Origin: Chara braunii | Lineage: Eukaryota; Plantae; Charophyceae | NCBI GenBank assembly: GCA_003427395.1 | Contig: BFEA01000021.1 | Span: 309,873-373,872 of the forward strand | DNA: 64,000 bases | Reading direction: 5' to 3' | In this document: positions 35,438 through 48,355 of the stretch, piece after piece | Layout of the letters: every line of letters starts with the position of its first letter | Position numbering within the stretch: the first letter of the stretch is position 1 | Notes under the pieces: model-generated | Told to the model about the DNA's origin: nothing | The model's input: the letters and a program-made list of their open reading frames with translations, nothing else | Databases searched by the model: none | Made by a program: the position numbers and the translations under genes

Positions 35438-38400
35438 TTTTTTTTTAATTTTTTTTTTTTTTTTTTTAACTGGTTAATATTTCATTACAGATATCAAAAA
35501 AGAGGCCGGGGACCTCACAATTCTACCAAGAGTTATCCCGGCAGCATCAACCGGTTTAGCTTCAGTTGTGAATAGAACCAAATACAATCCTAAATCAAAA
35601 CCTATTTGCCTGCTAGTACCTAGAAACACTACTTCACTATTTACTATCTAAATCTCCCTAACCTTCCCTACTTCCCCTTAACTATACTACTTTCTTCAGC
35701 TATTCGCCCTCTTACTAATACGATCCTAATTCGGATCTCTCCAAGATTTGAACCTAACATGGTTCTATCGTTGTTCCTGTTCCCTGCAACAACCAGAGTG
35801 TGAGTTTAAGTCCGCCTTCCGTTGAGACCGACGCCAACTTACCATCTATTGCCCAAGTATTTTTGCACCCGACCCCTCTTTTTTTACGGTTCTGGGTCTT
35901 AACTTGTCAATCAACCACAATGGACCACCTCAGTAAAATTAACACTTTAACTATTTGTTCCGGAAATGTCTGAACATTCTATTTGAAGACTCCATCATTC
36001 CTAGCACCCCAGATCACTTGCATTATTATGCCTCTGTAGACGAGGGCTACGTACCCCCATCCCCTCTCCAGATCTTGCAGTTCCTCGCATTTACCGTATA
36101 AGGTTCATTCGTGGGACCACTTAAAGCTTCCTCCCGTCAGAGCTTGCCAACGTGTTATCCACCAATTCCATAGTTGAGCTGCAAAGGGACAGTATAACCA
36201 AAGATGGTTCGTCGTCTCCCGTCCCCATTTACATCTTGAGCACGTTTGATCTATGTCCATCCCTCGAGTTGCCAACCAAAAGGTTGAAGCAGTGACAAAC
36301 AATGATTGAGACCACATAATACTAGCTTGTTTCTGAGAGGGTATCATCTTCAGAGCTTTCCAGAGCTTCGGCCAATTTTTGTCCCCTAGCTGAAAACCCG
36401 GCTCCTTTAACGCTTTATCCCTTGCTGTTATAATTAGTTATAGTTTTTTAGCCGATTGTAGTATTTGAATTCCTACTCCGGTCTTATACAGAAGGGTCGG
36501 CAAAAAGTTATCTCTGTTATCTATGTCCTTCCATCCCATCAACAAGGGTTCCATACGCAGGGTTTTAGGGGAATGGGTGATGAGCGTGGCCCGTGCTTTT
36601 TCTGAATTATTGGTCCACACTCTCACCTTCTTGAGTTCTTCTGTTGTTGAGATCACCTTTTCTCCTTGAAACTTTAGACTCAGACCCTCTTTGGTCACTC
36701 GGTCCTCGCCCCACTGCTGTACTTTAATTCCTTGGTCGAGTTCAGACCCTAAAATCCTTAGGACTGTCCTTGGATCCTTCGGGTCTTCTCACCAAGTGTC
36801 CGACGGTTTCTCTTTCTCACTCCTCAACATACAGAGTCAGTAGGCCGGAATTGCCTCTTGCAGGTTTAGTAAGTTCCCGAAGATATTCTGCACATGTATT
36901 AGTTTCCTTTTCAACCCTTAAATTGGAACCCAATCTTTGTCATCTGAGCTCCAAATGTCCCTTACTTGCAACATCCCTCTCTCCACCTAAGCCCTTCCAA
37001 AGGAACCCCTCCTCCCATCTGCAGGGAAGAAAAAACCATTTTCTTGTTTGATAAAATCATTTTCAAACATGATTTGATTCAAGATTTCATGTTTGGTATT
37101 TGGGGAGTTTCTCTGTGTAGGCTTCATTTTTTTCCATGTTTGTATTATGTTCTTCCAGACTTTGGACTTCGGGCGTCTGTTGAGAAAGGAGGGGATAAAT
37201 AGGCATATCTAAGTATGCGAAGGATGTGCCAAATTTCACTCTTTTGCCAAAAAAATTTCAGCTAATCTTACCCACAGTTTATCACTGTTGCCAAAGACTG
37301 CAAAGACCCATTTCCCCAACAGCCCCAAATTTTGTTGTACTGGGTCCAAGATTCCTAGTCCCCCTCGATCTCTTGGTGCTCTCACTAACTCCTAGGCTAC
37401 CTTGGTAAGATAACCTTGATGCTCTGATGCCGTTGGTTTCCATAGATAGCGGGTTGCACACCTCTTGATGCTCGCATAGGCTTCCTCTTCTAATAGATGT
37501 ATTGACAGGGGGAACCATAGGATTGACAAAGCTGCTGATGTCAAGACCAACGCTCTTCCATACAGAGAGAGCTTATGGTTCCTTATCCAACTCGTGATTC
37601 TTTAGGTTGCTTTTTCCACCAGCAAGGAATCTTGTATCTCAGCACAATCCGAAGATCTTCCTTTTACAAAAGCCCCTTGTTCCCATCTCACTAGTTCCGG
37701 GAGTAATTTGGCCAAGCGGATCGCCATGGTCTTAGCGAACAACTTGTACACCACGTTCAGCAAAGATATTGGTCTCCAGTTTTTGACTTGTCGTTTATCT
37801 CTTTTTTTGTAAAGCAGGGTTCTCATCCCCTTTGTGAAACTGGGAGGAAAGGATCCTGTCTCCAAGACCCTGTTATATACCTTACGTACAAAGGGGGCAA
37901 AGGAGTCTCAACAGTCCAGATACAACTCGATGGGTAGGTCGTCCAAACCTGAACATTTACCCTTAGCCATCGAGTTGGTTGCTTGCCTTATTTCCCTCTG
38001 TGTCATTGGGGCTTCTAGCTCTTCCTTTGCTGCTTGTGATTTTTTTTTTGTTACTGGATTCCAAAAGTCTAAAAATTCCGTCAAGTCCAAACTAGGGGGG
38101 TCATAAGGGCGCCTTGTGACAACTATGTCCTTATAATATTTCAGCGCATAGCCACACAAGTCCGCTGTGTCTGTGGCCGTCGGGGCTTCAAGAGCAAATG
38201 GGTGCGCCAGTTCTCCGACCAAAGGTTTAGAGTGTCTCAAAATTAAGGATCTAAAGGTCAATTTAGTCATCTTATCATAACCTACGATACCTCTAATTCT
38301 CAGGCGTTCTTGCCATTCGTTCTGCTTCTGCACTTCTAAACGTTCTAACTGAGTAAGAAGCTCTAGTCTCTTCTCCGTTCAATAGTGGTCCGTAAAAGGG

Positions 38401-41400
38401 TCTGTCCCCATTTTATCCTCCGCTTCTTTTATACCTTTTAATAGAGATTTTTCCTTCCATGTCCATGTGGATGCTTTCATCCTAGAGATCTTGAGGGCCG
38501 ACTGCACAATTGCTAGGCCCGTTTCAACCCGTAGATCAAGGTTTTCAAAAAGGCCTTTCGCATTTTGCCAGTTTTGCATGTGAGCATTTACCCAGTTCAC
38601 TACCCCTTCATCTTTCAAAATCCCAACATTTAATCTGAAAGGAGAACGGTGATGTTCCACCGTATCCTTTGCAATTACATCCAGAATGACCGGTTGGTGG
38701 TCTGACAGCGTACCAACCCTCACTTCGCTCCACATTGCTTTTTTCTATAAGGCCCCACGAATCAAGAAAAAGTCTAACCTTTTTCGCGGGGCAGGCGTAT
38801 TGCCAGATGGTTTTGAACCAAACCAAGTAAAACCGTTTGTTTCTGGGTTAAATTTTTTGCATACGTCAGTCAATAGTTGGGCTTCACTGAGTTGAGCTAA
38901 CAACAAATAATCAGTCCTCAGGGGTTTAGCCCTCAGGGAATCGAGGCCATGATTAAAGACTGAATTCCAGTTTCCCGTCAGTAACAGATTTTATGAGTCT
39001 GGAATTTGGGCGGGCAGCTCAGAAAAAAAAAATATTATGTCCTGGTAGTGAACTGGTGCATAAACTGAAATAACAGACAAATCTTTGTCTCTTATGGCAA
39101 ATTTTATCAAGACAATTCTCCCTCTCGAGTCAACGTACCTATCTAATTCATTTATTTTCATATTCTTATCTATTAATATCGCTACATCACCCTTTGTCCC
39201 ATTACCTGTGGCCCGTCCCACCAGCCCCGGATAAATTCTAACTTTGTTTCATCCAGTTTTGTTTCTTGCAGACAAATTATCTGAACATTCTGTTTATATA
39301 TCCAAGTTTGGAGTCCGTTTTTTTTTTTTTTTTTTTCGGTTTTTCTCTCCCAATCCACGCATATTCCACGTCGCAAATCTAACCCTTGGTGGGAGGACCA
39401 TTAAGTCGGTCCTTACCGCGGGAAGTTTGGATGTGGCTGCTTACCATAACTTTTTTTTTCACAGGCTCCTTCCCCATCTTTCCCTTAGGTCTCCTTTGGG
39501 AGTCCACCTCTTGTGCTCTCTCCTCCTGGTGAGAGGGGGTTGGGGAGTTGCTTTCAATGCAGCCAAAAAGGCTTCCGAGGTCAATGTGTCCACCAAATTG
39601 GCTTTACCCAGTCGGCAATAGCTTGGGTTGTTATCTCCCCTTGGACCTCAATGTTTTTCAGAGTATCAATACCGCTATCTAAAAAGTGGGGTTTATCGGA
39701 TTGAATGGGCTTTAAGCCCAACAATCGACCCCTCATCTCCTCTAAGGACTGCAAAGGACATGTGGAGAACCATTTTTCCTCCTCCAAGGGCATTTACCAA
39801 CAGCCTACCCCTCTTCGGTTCTGGGAGGATGGTACTCGAGCATGTGTCCGCCAGTACTTTCATGCGAATTTCCTTCATTAGTTTGGCGTCCGTTAAAAAG
39901 TCGTTTGAAGGTATAGCATGGAGGAACTAAGTTTCCTCCTCGTCCACCTTCGTTAGGACTTTCGGTCCAAATTTCATCCATCGTGCAAATGAGTGGGACA
40001 TTGAGTTCCTTTAGTGTTACTTTCCTTTTGTCTTTTCTGGCAAGTGTTTGCATCGATTGTGCCATAGACAACTGCTTGGCTGCTTTGGCCGCTTGTTCAT
40101 CTTTCGTCAGATTCCGTTTTTTTTTTCCCCGTAGTCTTTACCTTCATTACTGGGGAAAATACCGCAAACCTGTTATTTGAAGACTGCGGTGAATTCCCCC
40201 TGCCCTCTATCTGAACTCAGGATAACCTCCTGACAGTCTAAGAAGTATTATTCAAACGAGGAGAGATCGTTTTTGGCTTTGAGGGGGGGAAATCCTTCCA
40301 GGGTTCGTCCTCGAGTTTCCGAGTCGTAAATTTCGTTTCGGTATAAATTAAAAAATTTAGAGGAGGATGCCAAAGCCATTAGGCCTATCTTGGTTCCCTC
40401 TTCCTCTTCCTCCTCTTCCCTCTCGCTCTCACTCAGGGATAAGGACACCTCACTTTGAGAATCCTTCTCCTCCTCCTCCTCCGCTTCACTTTGTCCATTT
40501 TTCTCCATCTCACTCTCTTCTGTCTTCTGTTCATCTTGGTCCTCCTCCAACCGGTCTTCGCCTAACGAGTTTTTATCCGACTCTTCTTCCTCATCCCTTT
40601 CGATACGTCTTCCTCCATTTTATCGATGTTCCTATCTTCTCCGTCCTGGTTTCCATCCCCCTTCCGTGACCCTCCTCCCTCATTTTCACCCTGTTCCTCT
40701 GTCCGCCTTCCCTGTTCCTCATCCACCTGCATCTGATCCTGCGTTCGAGGCGGACCCATTCACTTCTCCTTCTCCGAAATATCATCATTCGGTACAATAA
40801 CTCCCTTTTCTCCTTCTCCCTCCTTCTCTCCTGATCCCCTGGGGACTGGGTTCTCTTTCGAGGGTTCTTCTGACCCCTTCGTAGGGGATTTCTCTTCCTA
40901 ACCCTTATTTCCTTTGTTGCCTTTGCCATTTGAGGGGACAGGGTCCGGAACAGGCTCTTTTTCCAAGCCCTTCCCCTTAACTTTATCCGCGTAGGAGGCC
41001 CCTTTTTTCTTTGGGCAGTCGGGATCTTCTTCTGAATGGAAATGTTGTCTGCAAGCAGGGCACGAGGGCGTGTTTGCACACACTACTTCGTTGTCCACGT
41101 ACCCGTCTCTGCCCAAATCCAAAACCAGATATCTTTTGTACTTTAAACGTGCTGTCGAATCCAAATCAAACCGCACATTTACCAAATCGGGGGACAGTTT
41201 ATCCTTATACGCTGTAAATTCCTTAACTACTTTCCCAAACGCATCTTCCACTGCACCTCGGAGAGGAACTAGGGCAGCGACTGGGACCTGTTGGCATCTG
41301 ATCCAGAAGAATCTGTGCCTCGAGACTTCCCTCCACTCCCATAGTTCCTGCTCCGTCATCCAAGGCTCGAAGGAGATCGTATAGTCTTTGTTGTCCAGAG

Positions 41401-42354
41401 TCAATTTGGTCTACCGAATACGAAGCATATATGATGCAATTTCAGAGGCTGTGGCTACATATGTGACTAGGTTTCTCCCCTCGTTATGAAACAAACCTCT
41501 TTTTGGAGGGGCTGAAACTTCCCCACTTGTGGCCCAAGCATTCTCATACATGCGGATCAATCGTTTTTTGACATCAATCGATAAATATGTTGACTCATTG
41601 CCAAAAAGGATCGAAACAGCATGCTCTTTCAACCATTTTGCCCGAACGCGATACACTTCCGGGTTAACCGTGACTCTTACATAGTCATCTCCGACTTCTA
41701 CCAGGTTTGGGGCGAGCTTCTTTGGAAGCACCCCATCTGAGTAACATTTCGAAACTATTTCCCTGATTCGAGTTTTCTCTTCCTCGGCCAACCCCGATGG
41801 AACCGAAACACCCGACGAGATTGTCATTTCAAAACGTTCCTTAGTTGAGGAACCACCAATACATAATCAACTGAGGGCAACTATAATCCTGAAGTTAGCT
41901 AGAATATAATTAGTAATAGAGGCTTCAATAAATTATCTGGGATGTGTAACCCCCTCCCCCCCCCCCAATGGTGTGAGAGTGTTACCTGTGCCCATAGGCT
42001 GTGGAGGGTGTTTCCGCAAGGTAGGTTGGCTGGCTCTCCCGTCCCCCCGCCGGGGATAATCCTGCAATCTCTATCTTCTTATCCTGTCGCTCCCAGCTGG
42101 TTTCCACCACTTTGTTCACCTTGTTCCTCCGTCACAACCGAGGTGACTAGGCCTGGTCTGACCCCCGATCTTCCACAGGTGGTACACACTGCCTATGCAG
42201 TGAGACCCAGTCCACTTCGGGCAGACCGGCCTCGGGACTAACGAGGACGGAGCTGCCTTGTTGGAACCGAAGCGATGTCGCGCGGCGTCTTCTTCGCAGA
42301 GCGCCCCAACCGTTCCCGGGCGGGAGATGCGAAAAATTAGCGCTGCGCTTAGCC
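35438..42354 (-). mobile_element. Full-length decayed L1-clade LINE with poly(A) tail and 15-bp TSD; RT catalytic core deleted
   Basis: TSD ttgagaagtgttttt at 35423-35437 and 42355-42369; poly(T) at about 35433-35467; ORF1 from 41827 (CPACRQHFH knuckle); ORF2 from about 39385 (FATWNMRG, CLQETK, SDH, WRPISLLN, QGAFVKGRS) then a jump past the YADD region; zf-RVT CSRC...HLW..CP at 36105-36347. Confidence 0.92.
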
Positions 42355-42530
42355 TTGAGAAGTGTTTTTGTTTTCTGGTTTTCTACAGAGGGATGGCTGG
42401 GGCTGGGGAGTGCACCCGAGGCCAGGTGCCCTCCGCTATTTTCATGCTATTCTTTGCTATGTTGATGTAAGCCTTGGGCACTGGGCCCGTTTGAAATAAA
42501 ATTCCAAGGTTAAAAAAAAAGAAAAAAAAA
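42355..42530 (+). mobile_element. 3' end of an older plus-strand retroposon (AATAAA plus poly(A)) into which the LINE inserted; left part at about 35050-35437
   Basis: The empty site reads continuously across the TSD and ends gaaataaaattccaaggttaaaaaaaaagaaaaaaaaa. Confidence 0.4.
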
Positions 42531-43014
42531 GAAAGGTCCCACTAGCAAAGAGGATAGGATTGAAGACCTGAATCTGGATGTGTTTTACACAGAGATGCAG
42601 AAAAGCAGTTCAATCTCGATTTCCTGCACATATCCATAAGCTCGTCCAGATTCAGGCATTCGATCTTTACTTCTTTACTAGTGGGACCACGCCCCTGGTT
42701 CTGCCGGCCCGCAGCCGCGCGGTCGCACACCAATCGCCCACCGACGGCGGCGGGGGTGTTGGCCTTGGCCTTGGCGAGTCAGTCAACAAAATGAGCAAAA
42801 TGAGAATGATGATGTTTTTTCTCGCAGAACGTGGAAATGTACACCCGCCATATTTTTTTTTGTATCGTGCACATTTGCTGATCGGGCGGTGAGGTCTTCA
42901 CCCTGCTGCCCTCGTGTTTCGTTGGTCGTTTCTGTCTCTTCACCGCCTCCATCACCCGGTCCTCCTTGCCTCTTTGGTTTGAACTTCTTCCAGGCTGTTG
43001 CCTGCGCCCTCGTT

Positions 43015-43680
43015 TCCCCCCATCTGGCGACGTCCTGTCATCCTACGGGTGAGTTCATCCTCCATATCTTCGTCCTCCTACCCCTTGTCTCTCCTCCTCC
43101 TCCTCCTCCTCCTCCTCTTGCTCGTCCGCCTCTGCTTCTGTACACTGTTGTACGATGTGACTCCTCCTCCTCCTCCTCCTCCTCCTCCTCCTCCTCGTGC
43201 TCGTCTGGCTGAGGTCATGTCATCTTACGGGCGAGTTCATCCTCCATATCTTCTTGTCCTCCTACCCCTTCTCTCTCTCCTCCTCCTCCTCCTCATCGTG
43301 CTCGTCCGCCTCTCTGCTTCTGTACACTGTGTTGTACGATGTGACTCCTCCTCCTGCTCGTGCTCGTCTGGCTGAGGTCCTGTCATCTTACGGGTGAGTT
43401 CATCCTCCATATCTTCTTGTCCTCCTACCCCTTCTCTCTCTCCTCCTCCTCCTCGTGCTCGTCCGCCTCTGCTTCTGTACACTGTGTTGTACGATGTGAC
43501 GGTTCAGCTGTTTGGCTATGGTAGTCTGGCGAGGTCCTGTCCTGCGGGTGAGTTCATCCTCCATATCTTCTTGTCCTCTTCTACCTCTCATGTCCTCCTC
43601 GTTCTCGACCTCTTCCTCCTCTGCTTCTGCGCACGGTGGTGTACGCTATGACGGTTCAGGTCTTTGGCTATGGTAGGCGT
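43015..43680. repeat. Tandem repeat of about four 160-190-bp units with (CCT)n tracts
   Basis: Recurring acgggtgagttcatcctccatatcttc...ctctgcttctgtacactg..tgtacgatgtgac. Confidence 0.85.
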
Positions 43681-43700
43681 GGGCGGGAAGGAGAGAGGGT

Positions 43701-43738
<38 letters not shown>

Positions 43739-43760
43739 GGGGGTGGGGGGGAGGGGGGGG

Positions 43761-43794
<34 letters not shown>

Positions 43795-44287
43795 CTTTCT
43801 GGGTAAATGGTGCTATTTGAAGTAGGGAGAAGGAACGGTTTCCAGGGGTCGAATTTCGACTGCCCTTCTCCCCTCCTCCGCTCCTGCCGGAGACTGAGCT
43901 AAGAAGAAGATAGAAGAAGAAGATGCTGTTCATTACTTCAACGGAGCAAGTGGGGGGAAAATGCTGGATCGGGATTGCGTGCTAAATATAGGTCGACTGA
44001 TCTTTGCGCGTAATCGTGGCCCGATACACCTAGGCCGGGCCACAATTGCGGTCCGATGCATCCAAGAAAGCCGCACTGCGAGTATGATGCCCTCTGGCTC
44101 TGCGATTCTAGAACCTATTCTGATGTCTAACGTGCTTACTTCTTTTATATCAATAAATATATATATCAAGATATATACGATATATACGATATATATCAAT
44201 ATGTATATCAATATATATATATATCAATATATCAATATTGAATTAAGTCGTTTGGCGGATACTTTGCGGGTTGTATATGTATATATA

Positions 44288-45206
44288 CGCGCAAGAGGTT
44301 CTGAACAGGGGGAGTTGTAAGGAAGAAGATTAAAAACGAATTCAGTTTTTTTTTGTTTTCCTTGTTTTCTTTCTGCTTTTCGCTTTGGCGCTCTGATATC
44401 ATGTGACAATGTATTTGCCTTTTGGCTGTGTGCAAGTGGGTCGATATGACACACGGGGGTGGGGGCAGCCGCCGCTCAACCTACATCCACGTGGGCGGCC
44501 TTGTACGCAAGAGGTTCTGAACAGGGGGTGTCTTGTAAGAAAGAAAATTAAAAATGAATTAAAGTTTTTCTTGTTTCTGTTTTTCGCTTTGGCGCTCTGA
44601 TATCATGTGTCTTGTAAGAAAGAAGATTAAAAATGAATTGAAGTTTTTCTTGTTTCTGTTTTTCGCTTTGGCGCTCTGATATCATGTGCGCCAAAGCGAA
44701 AAACAGAAACAAGAAAAACTTCAATTCATTTTTAATCTTCTTTCTTACAAGACACCCCCTGTTCAGAACCTCTTGCGTACAAGGCCGCCCACGTGGATGT
44801 AGGTTGAGCGGCAGCTGCCCCCACCCCCGTGTGTCATATTGACCCACTTGCACACGGCCGAAAGGCAAAGGGGCAAAGAAAAGGGGAAGGGAACAGCCAA
44901 ATAATACAGAACAGGGGGCAACAAAACAGATCCCACATGCAAGCACCGCCCCAGTCCTACACAGGCCAAACGACGGGACAAGACCAACCAGGATGTCAAA
45001 ACATTCTTGTCTGCAAAGAAATCAAAAGAAGTCCCAGATACATATCTATACACAGCAGATGGCCTTGTTATATATATAGTTATAAGGAAGAAGATAAAAA
45101 AATGAATTCAGTTTTTCCTGTTTTTTTTCTTTTTTCCTTTTTGTTCGCATTTGCGCTCTGATATTGTTTGTTTTTTTCGCTTTTGCGCTCTGATATCTAT
45201 GTGACG
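44288..45206. mobile_element. Cluster of Ginger-like TIR family fragments (same family as 7060-9098), partly head-to-head
   Basis: gcgctctgatatcatgtgaca ends; the 130-bp core cctgttcagaacctcttgcgtacaaggccgcccacgtgg...gacccacttgcacac occurs in both orientations. Confidence 0.75.
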
Positions 45207-47198
45207 ATATATATAAAAGAACGGGTCAAAGATCGGAGGAAAAAAATATGTTCTCCGCTCCGTGGCGACTGATTAACAATCTCTTTCCAAATTTCAAAAC
45301 TTGTTGATCGAACCTTCTGGTTGTGTCCTTGATGATTCCATGCTACCCTTCCTTCGGCATCTTCCTGACTGTTGGCAGACGGATTGTCTCTACCTTGCTG
45401 TCTCTCCGTCTTTTTTATCTTTCGTCTTTGTTTTTTTGTTTTGTTTTTTCTTCCCTCTTGTTCTTGGCGTGTTCTTTTTCTTTTTGTTCTATTATTTATT
45501 TTTTGTTCTTTCGTGCTTACCTTCCGCTTGTTTGATTCTTGTCGATGACAGGTGCACATCTCTCTTCCCTGTGTGTTGACATCCGCCTGTTTCTCTCCTC
45601 CTCTTCCTCTCCTCTCTTTCTCCTCTCTCTTCCTCCTCTTCCTCCTCTCTTCCTCCTCTCTTCCTCCTCTCTTCCTCCTCTCTTCCTCCTCTCTTCCTCT
45701 TCTTCCTTCTCTCTTCCTGCTCTCTTCCTCTTCTTCCTCCTCTCTTCCTCCTCTCTCTTTCTCCTGTCTCTCCCTCTCTCTTCCTCTTCGTTTCTGTCTT
45801 CCTTCTCTCTCTGTCCTCCTCTTCCTCCTCTCTCTTCTCGTCCTTCTCTTGGATCCGTACTGTTTCCTCAGCTTGCTTAATGCTTCAGCTCTTCATAGGT
45901 TCAGCTCTCTCTCTCTCTCCCCATCTACACCTCTCTCTCTCTCTTTCCCCATCTACCCCTCTCTCTCTCTACATCTACACCTCGCTCTCTCTCTCTCTCC
46001 CCATCTACACTTCTCTCTTTTCTTTCTCTGTCTTATCTTTCTGTTCCCCCCCCCCCCCCCCTTTTGCACATCCCTTCCTTCCTCCCCTATTACATGTTTC
46101 TTTCTCTTCCTTTTCTTTTCCTTTTTTTGTTTTTATTGTCTTTGTTTCCTCATGACTTGTATAACCTCCACCCTACCGTCTTCCCCCGAACATAACGCAC
46201 TCCGATTTGAATGTATTAAACTATCCGTCCGGTCCAATACAGTCGTGATGAGGGTGCGTTGTGTTCGCGAGAAGGCGGTAGGTTTAGGTTGTTCCACCTG
46301 CTCTGTCTCGCCCTGTTGTCCCCAAGGGTCTCCTGCTCTCTGTGATTTTCTCTCTCTCCTTCTTCTTCTTCTTACACACCCTGGTTGGGTGCGCGTGTGT
46401 GACTGGGTACACCGGGTCGCGGGGAAAAACGAGTACCCGTGCTGGGGTGGGGTTAAGTACTCATCTTGGGGCTTAACTTTCACCCCAGTCCACTTAGCCG
46501 TTTGGTTGAGTGCTTACCTCTTAACGTGGAGGTCGCGTGTTCGATCCTTGGATCGGTGCGGACGGACAGATTGTTGTCTGGAGTGAGAATGCAATGCTTC
46601 TCTTCTTCTTTTTTTGATGTCTCCTTTTACGCATTTCTCTCCCAAATCCTCTCTTGCGTTTCGCTTCCCTCATCGCCTCCGCTTCTTTGCGATACGAATT
46701 CAAGACGATGAAATGCGACCAACGAACAACGGCAAAGGGGCGGACAGGGAAGGGACAAGACTCATCCAGAAGGAGCAGAGAGTCGAATGTTTAGGTGATA
46801 AAGGGCCTCGCTCCATTACCCACCACCAAATGTGCAAAAAAATGAAAAATTTCCGCTAGAACCTGGAAAGATACACCGCCTGACGGGGGCGTTCTATTCG
46901 GGGGCAAGGTCCCACTTGCGCAAATTAGGAGATTTCGGCCGTTGATCTTTTTTATATCTACGGTCGGTATCTCTTGATTCGTGCAAGTGGGACCTTGCCC
47001 CGGGTGAAGACGATAGCGTTAGGGTTACATCGAACGGAAGCTGGGTGATGCTACAAGTACCCCAGGGCTTGGTCACATCAGCAAAGAGGAATGGATTAAA
47101 TTCTCCTGAATCTGGACGTGTTTCTGGAGAAATGCAGAGAGTTGCGAGTGGTCTGCTTTTCTGCATCTCTGGCCAAAACACACCAGATTCAAGAATTT

Positions 47199-47273
<75 letters not shown>

Positions 47274-48061
47274 ACGAAATCCTCTTTGCTAATGGGACTA
47301 CCCCCCCGGTCTTTATGTGGGGTGACTGGCCCCGAATCTGATGTGGAATTAATGTGTTGCTTTTTTTAAAAATAAAGAAAAAAATAAAAAAGAAGGGAAG
47401 AGCGGTTGATGTAGACCTAAGGGATTCACGAAAGCAGAGTTAGGGTGTACTCACACTAGAGACTCTTTCTGGATGTATCTGACCGTAATTAAGGGCCATC
47501 TTGAATGTATCTGACGTCTTGAGGGCATATGTTAAAGTCGTACCGTCTTCACCCGAACAGAACGCCCGGTCATTATAGCTGCATATGGCAGAACTTTCAG
47601 TCCAGATGCCAGCTATAATTACCGGGCGTTTTATTCGAGTGAAGACGGTAGTGTGAGACCGCCTTTTTTTAATTTATTTATTTAAATATCATGTGGTCCG
47701 ATGGACCACGGATCAGATATTAAACTGACCAGAACAGATACACTGCACTTTATCTTACGTAGCCAAAAGTCCGAGGGAAAAAAAAAAAGAAAAAAAAAGG
47801 CCGAGGAAGAATATGCCCTTAGTTAGGGGAGCAGATTCACCTCAATAGCTACCGTCGCCCCCCCGAATAGAGCGTATGGTCAATATAGCTGTGCCCTTAC
47901 TTAGGGGAGCAGATTCACCTCAATAACTACCGTCGAGGCCCCCCCCCCCCCCCCCGAATAGAGCGCACGGTTAATATAGCTGTGTTTGGGCCAAAGTTCA
48001 GTCTAGACATAGAGACAATGACGGTGCGTTGTATTCGGGGTACGACAGTAGGGTTTCCTCT

Positions 48062-48152
48062 GAGACTGGGTTCCCCTCACTCCGGTCCTCTTTCTTTTAT
48101 ATATTCAGCCTCCTGACGAGTAGGGAGGGTGAAACTCCGACGAAACAGTTTG
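48062..48152 (+). ncRNA. Degenerate type III hammerhead-like motif, homologous to 9130-9256
   Basis: CCTC-CTGACGA-GTAGGGAG GGTGAAA CTCCGAC-GAAACAGTTTG; downstream tcacagcccc...tacggtt...ctgggcag matches the 9.1-kb copy; the 5' strand of stem III is decayed. Confidence 0.45.
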
Positions 48153-48249
48153 TCACAGCCCCTCGTTTCTTGTCCTCTTCTCCCTCTTGTCCCTCTCTGC
48201 CACCTACGGTTTTTACTGGGCAGAGCTCTTTGTTTTTTTTTCCTAAAAG

Positions 48250-48355
48250 AAAATGGACCATTTCTCGATTTATGCGTGTCATCCTTGAAAGCGCAGGGGC
48301 CATACGAATCTTCATTCTCTGTATCGTTCCAATTTGAACGGATGTCCCGAAGGAC
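48250..48355 (-). pseudogene. Near full-length U6 snRNA pseudogene
   Basis: Reverse complement GTCCTTCGGGACATCCGTTCAAATTGGAACGATACAGAGAATGAAGATTCGTATGGCCCCTGCGCTTTCAAGGATGACACGCATAAATCGAGAAATGGTCCATTTT; small insertions and an altered AGC triad. Confidence 0.88.

Noticed and set aside
44418-44540. GC-rich 130-bp core as U3, 7SL, MRP or telomerase RNA
   Set aside because: No diagnostic boxes or template recognised; it occurs as part of TIRs in both orientations
45539-46586. 344-aa Leu/Ser/Pro-rich ORF
   Set aside because: Low-complexity pyrimidine repeats and stop-poor by composition; no domain
47200-47274. Poly(C) tract as a polyproline ORF or G-quadruplex element
   Set aside because: Homopolymer expansion inside a MITE; its length may be a sequencing artifact
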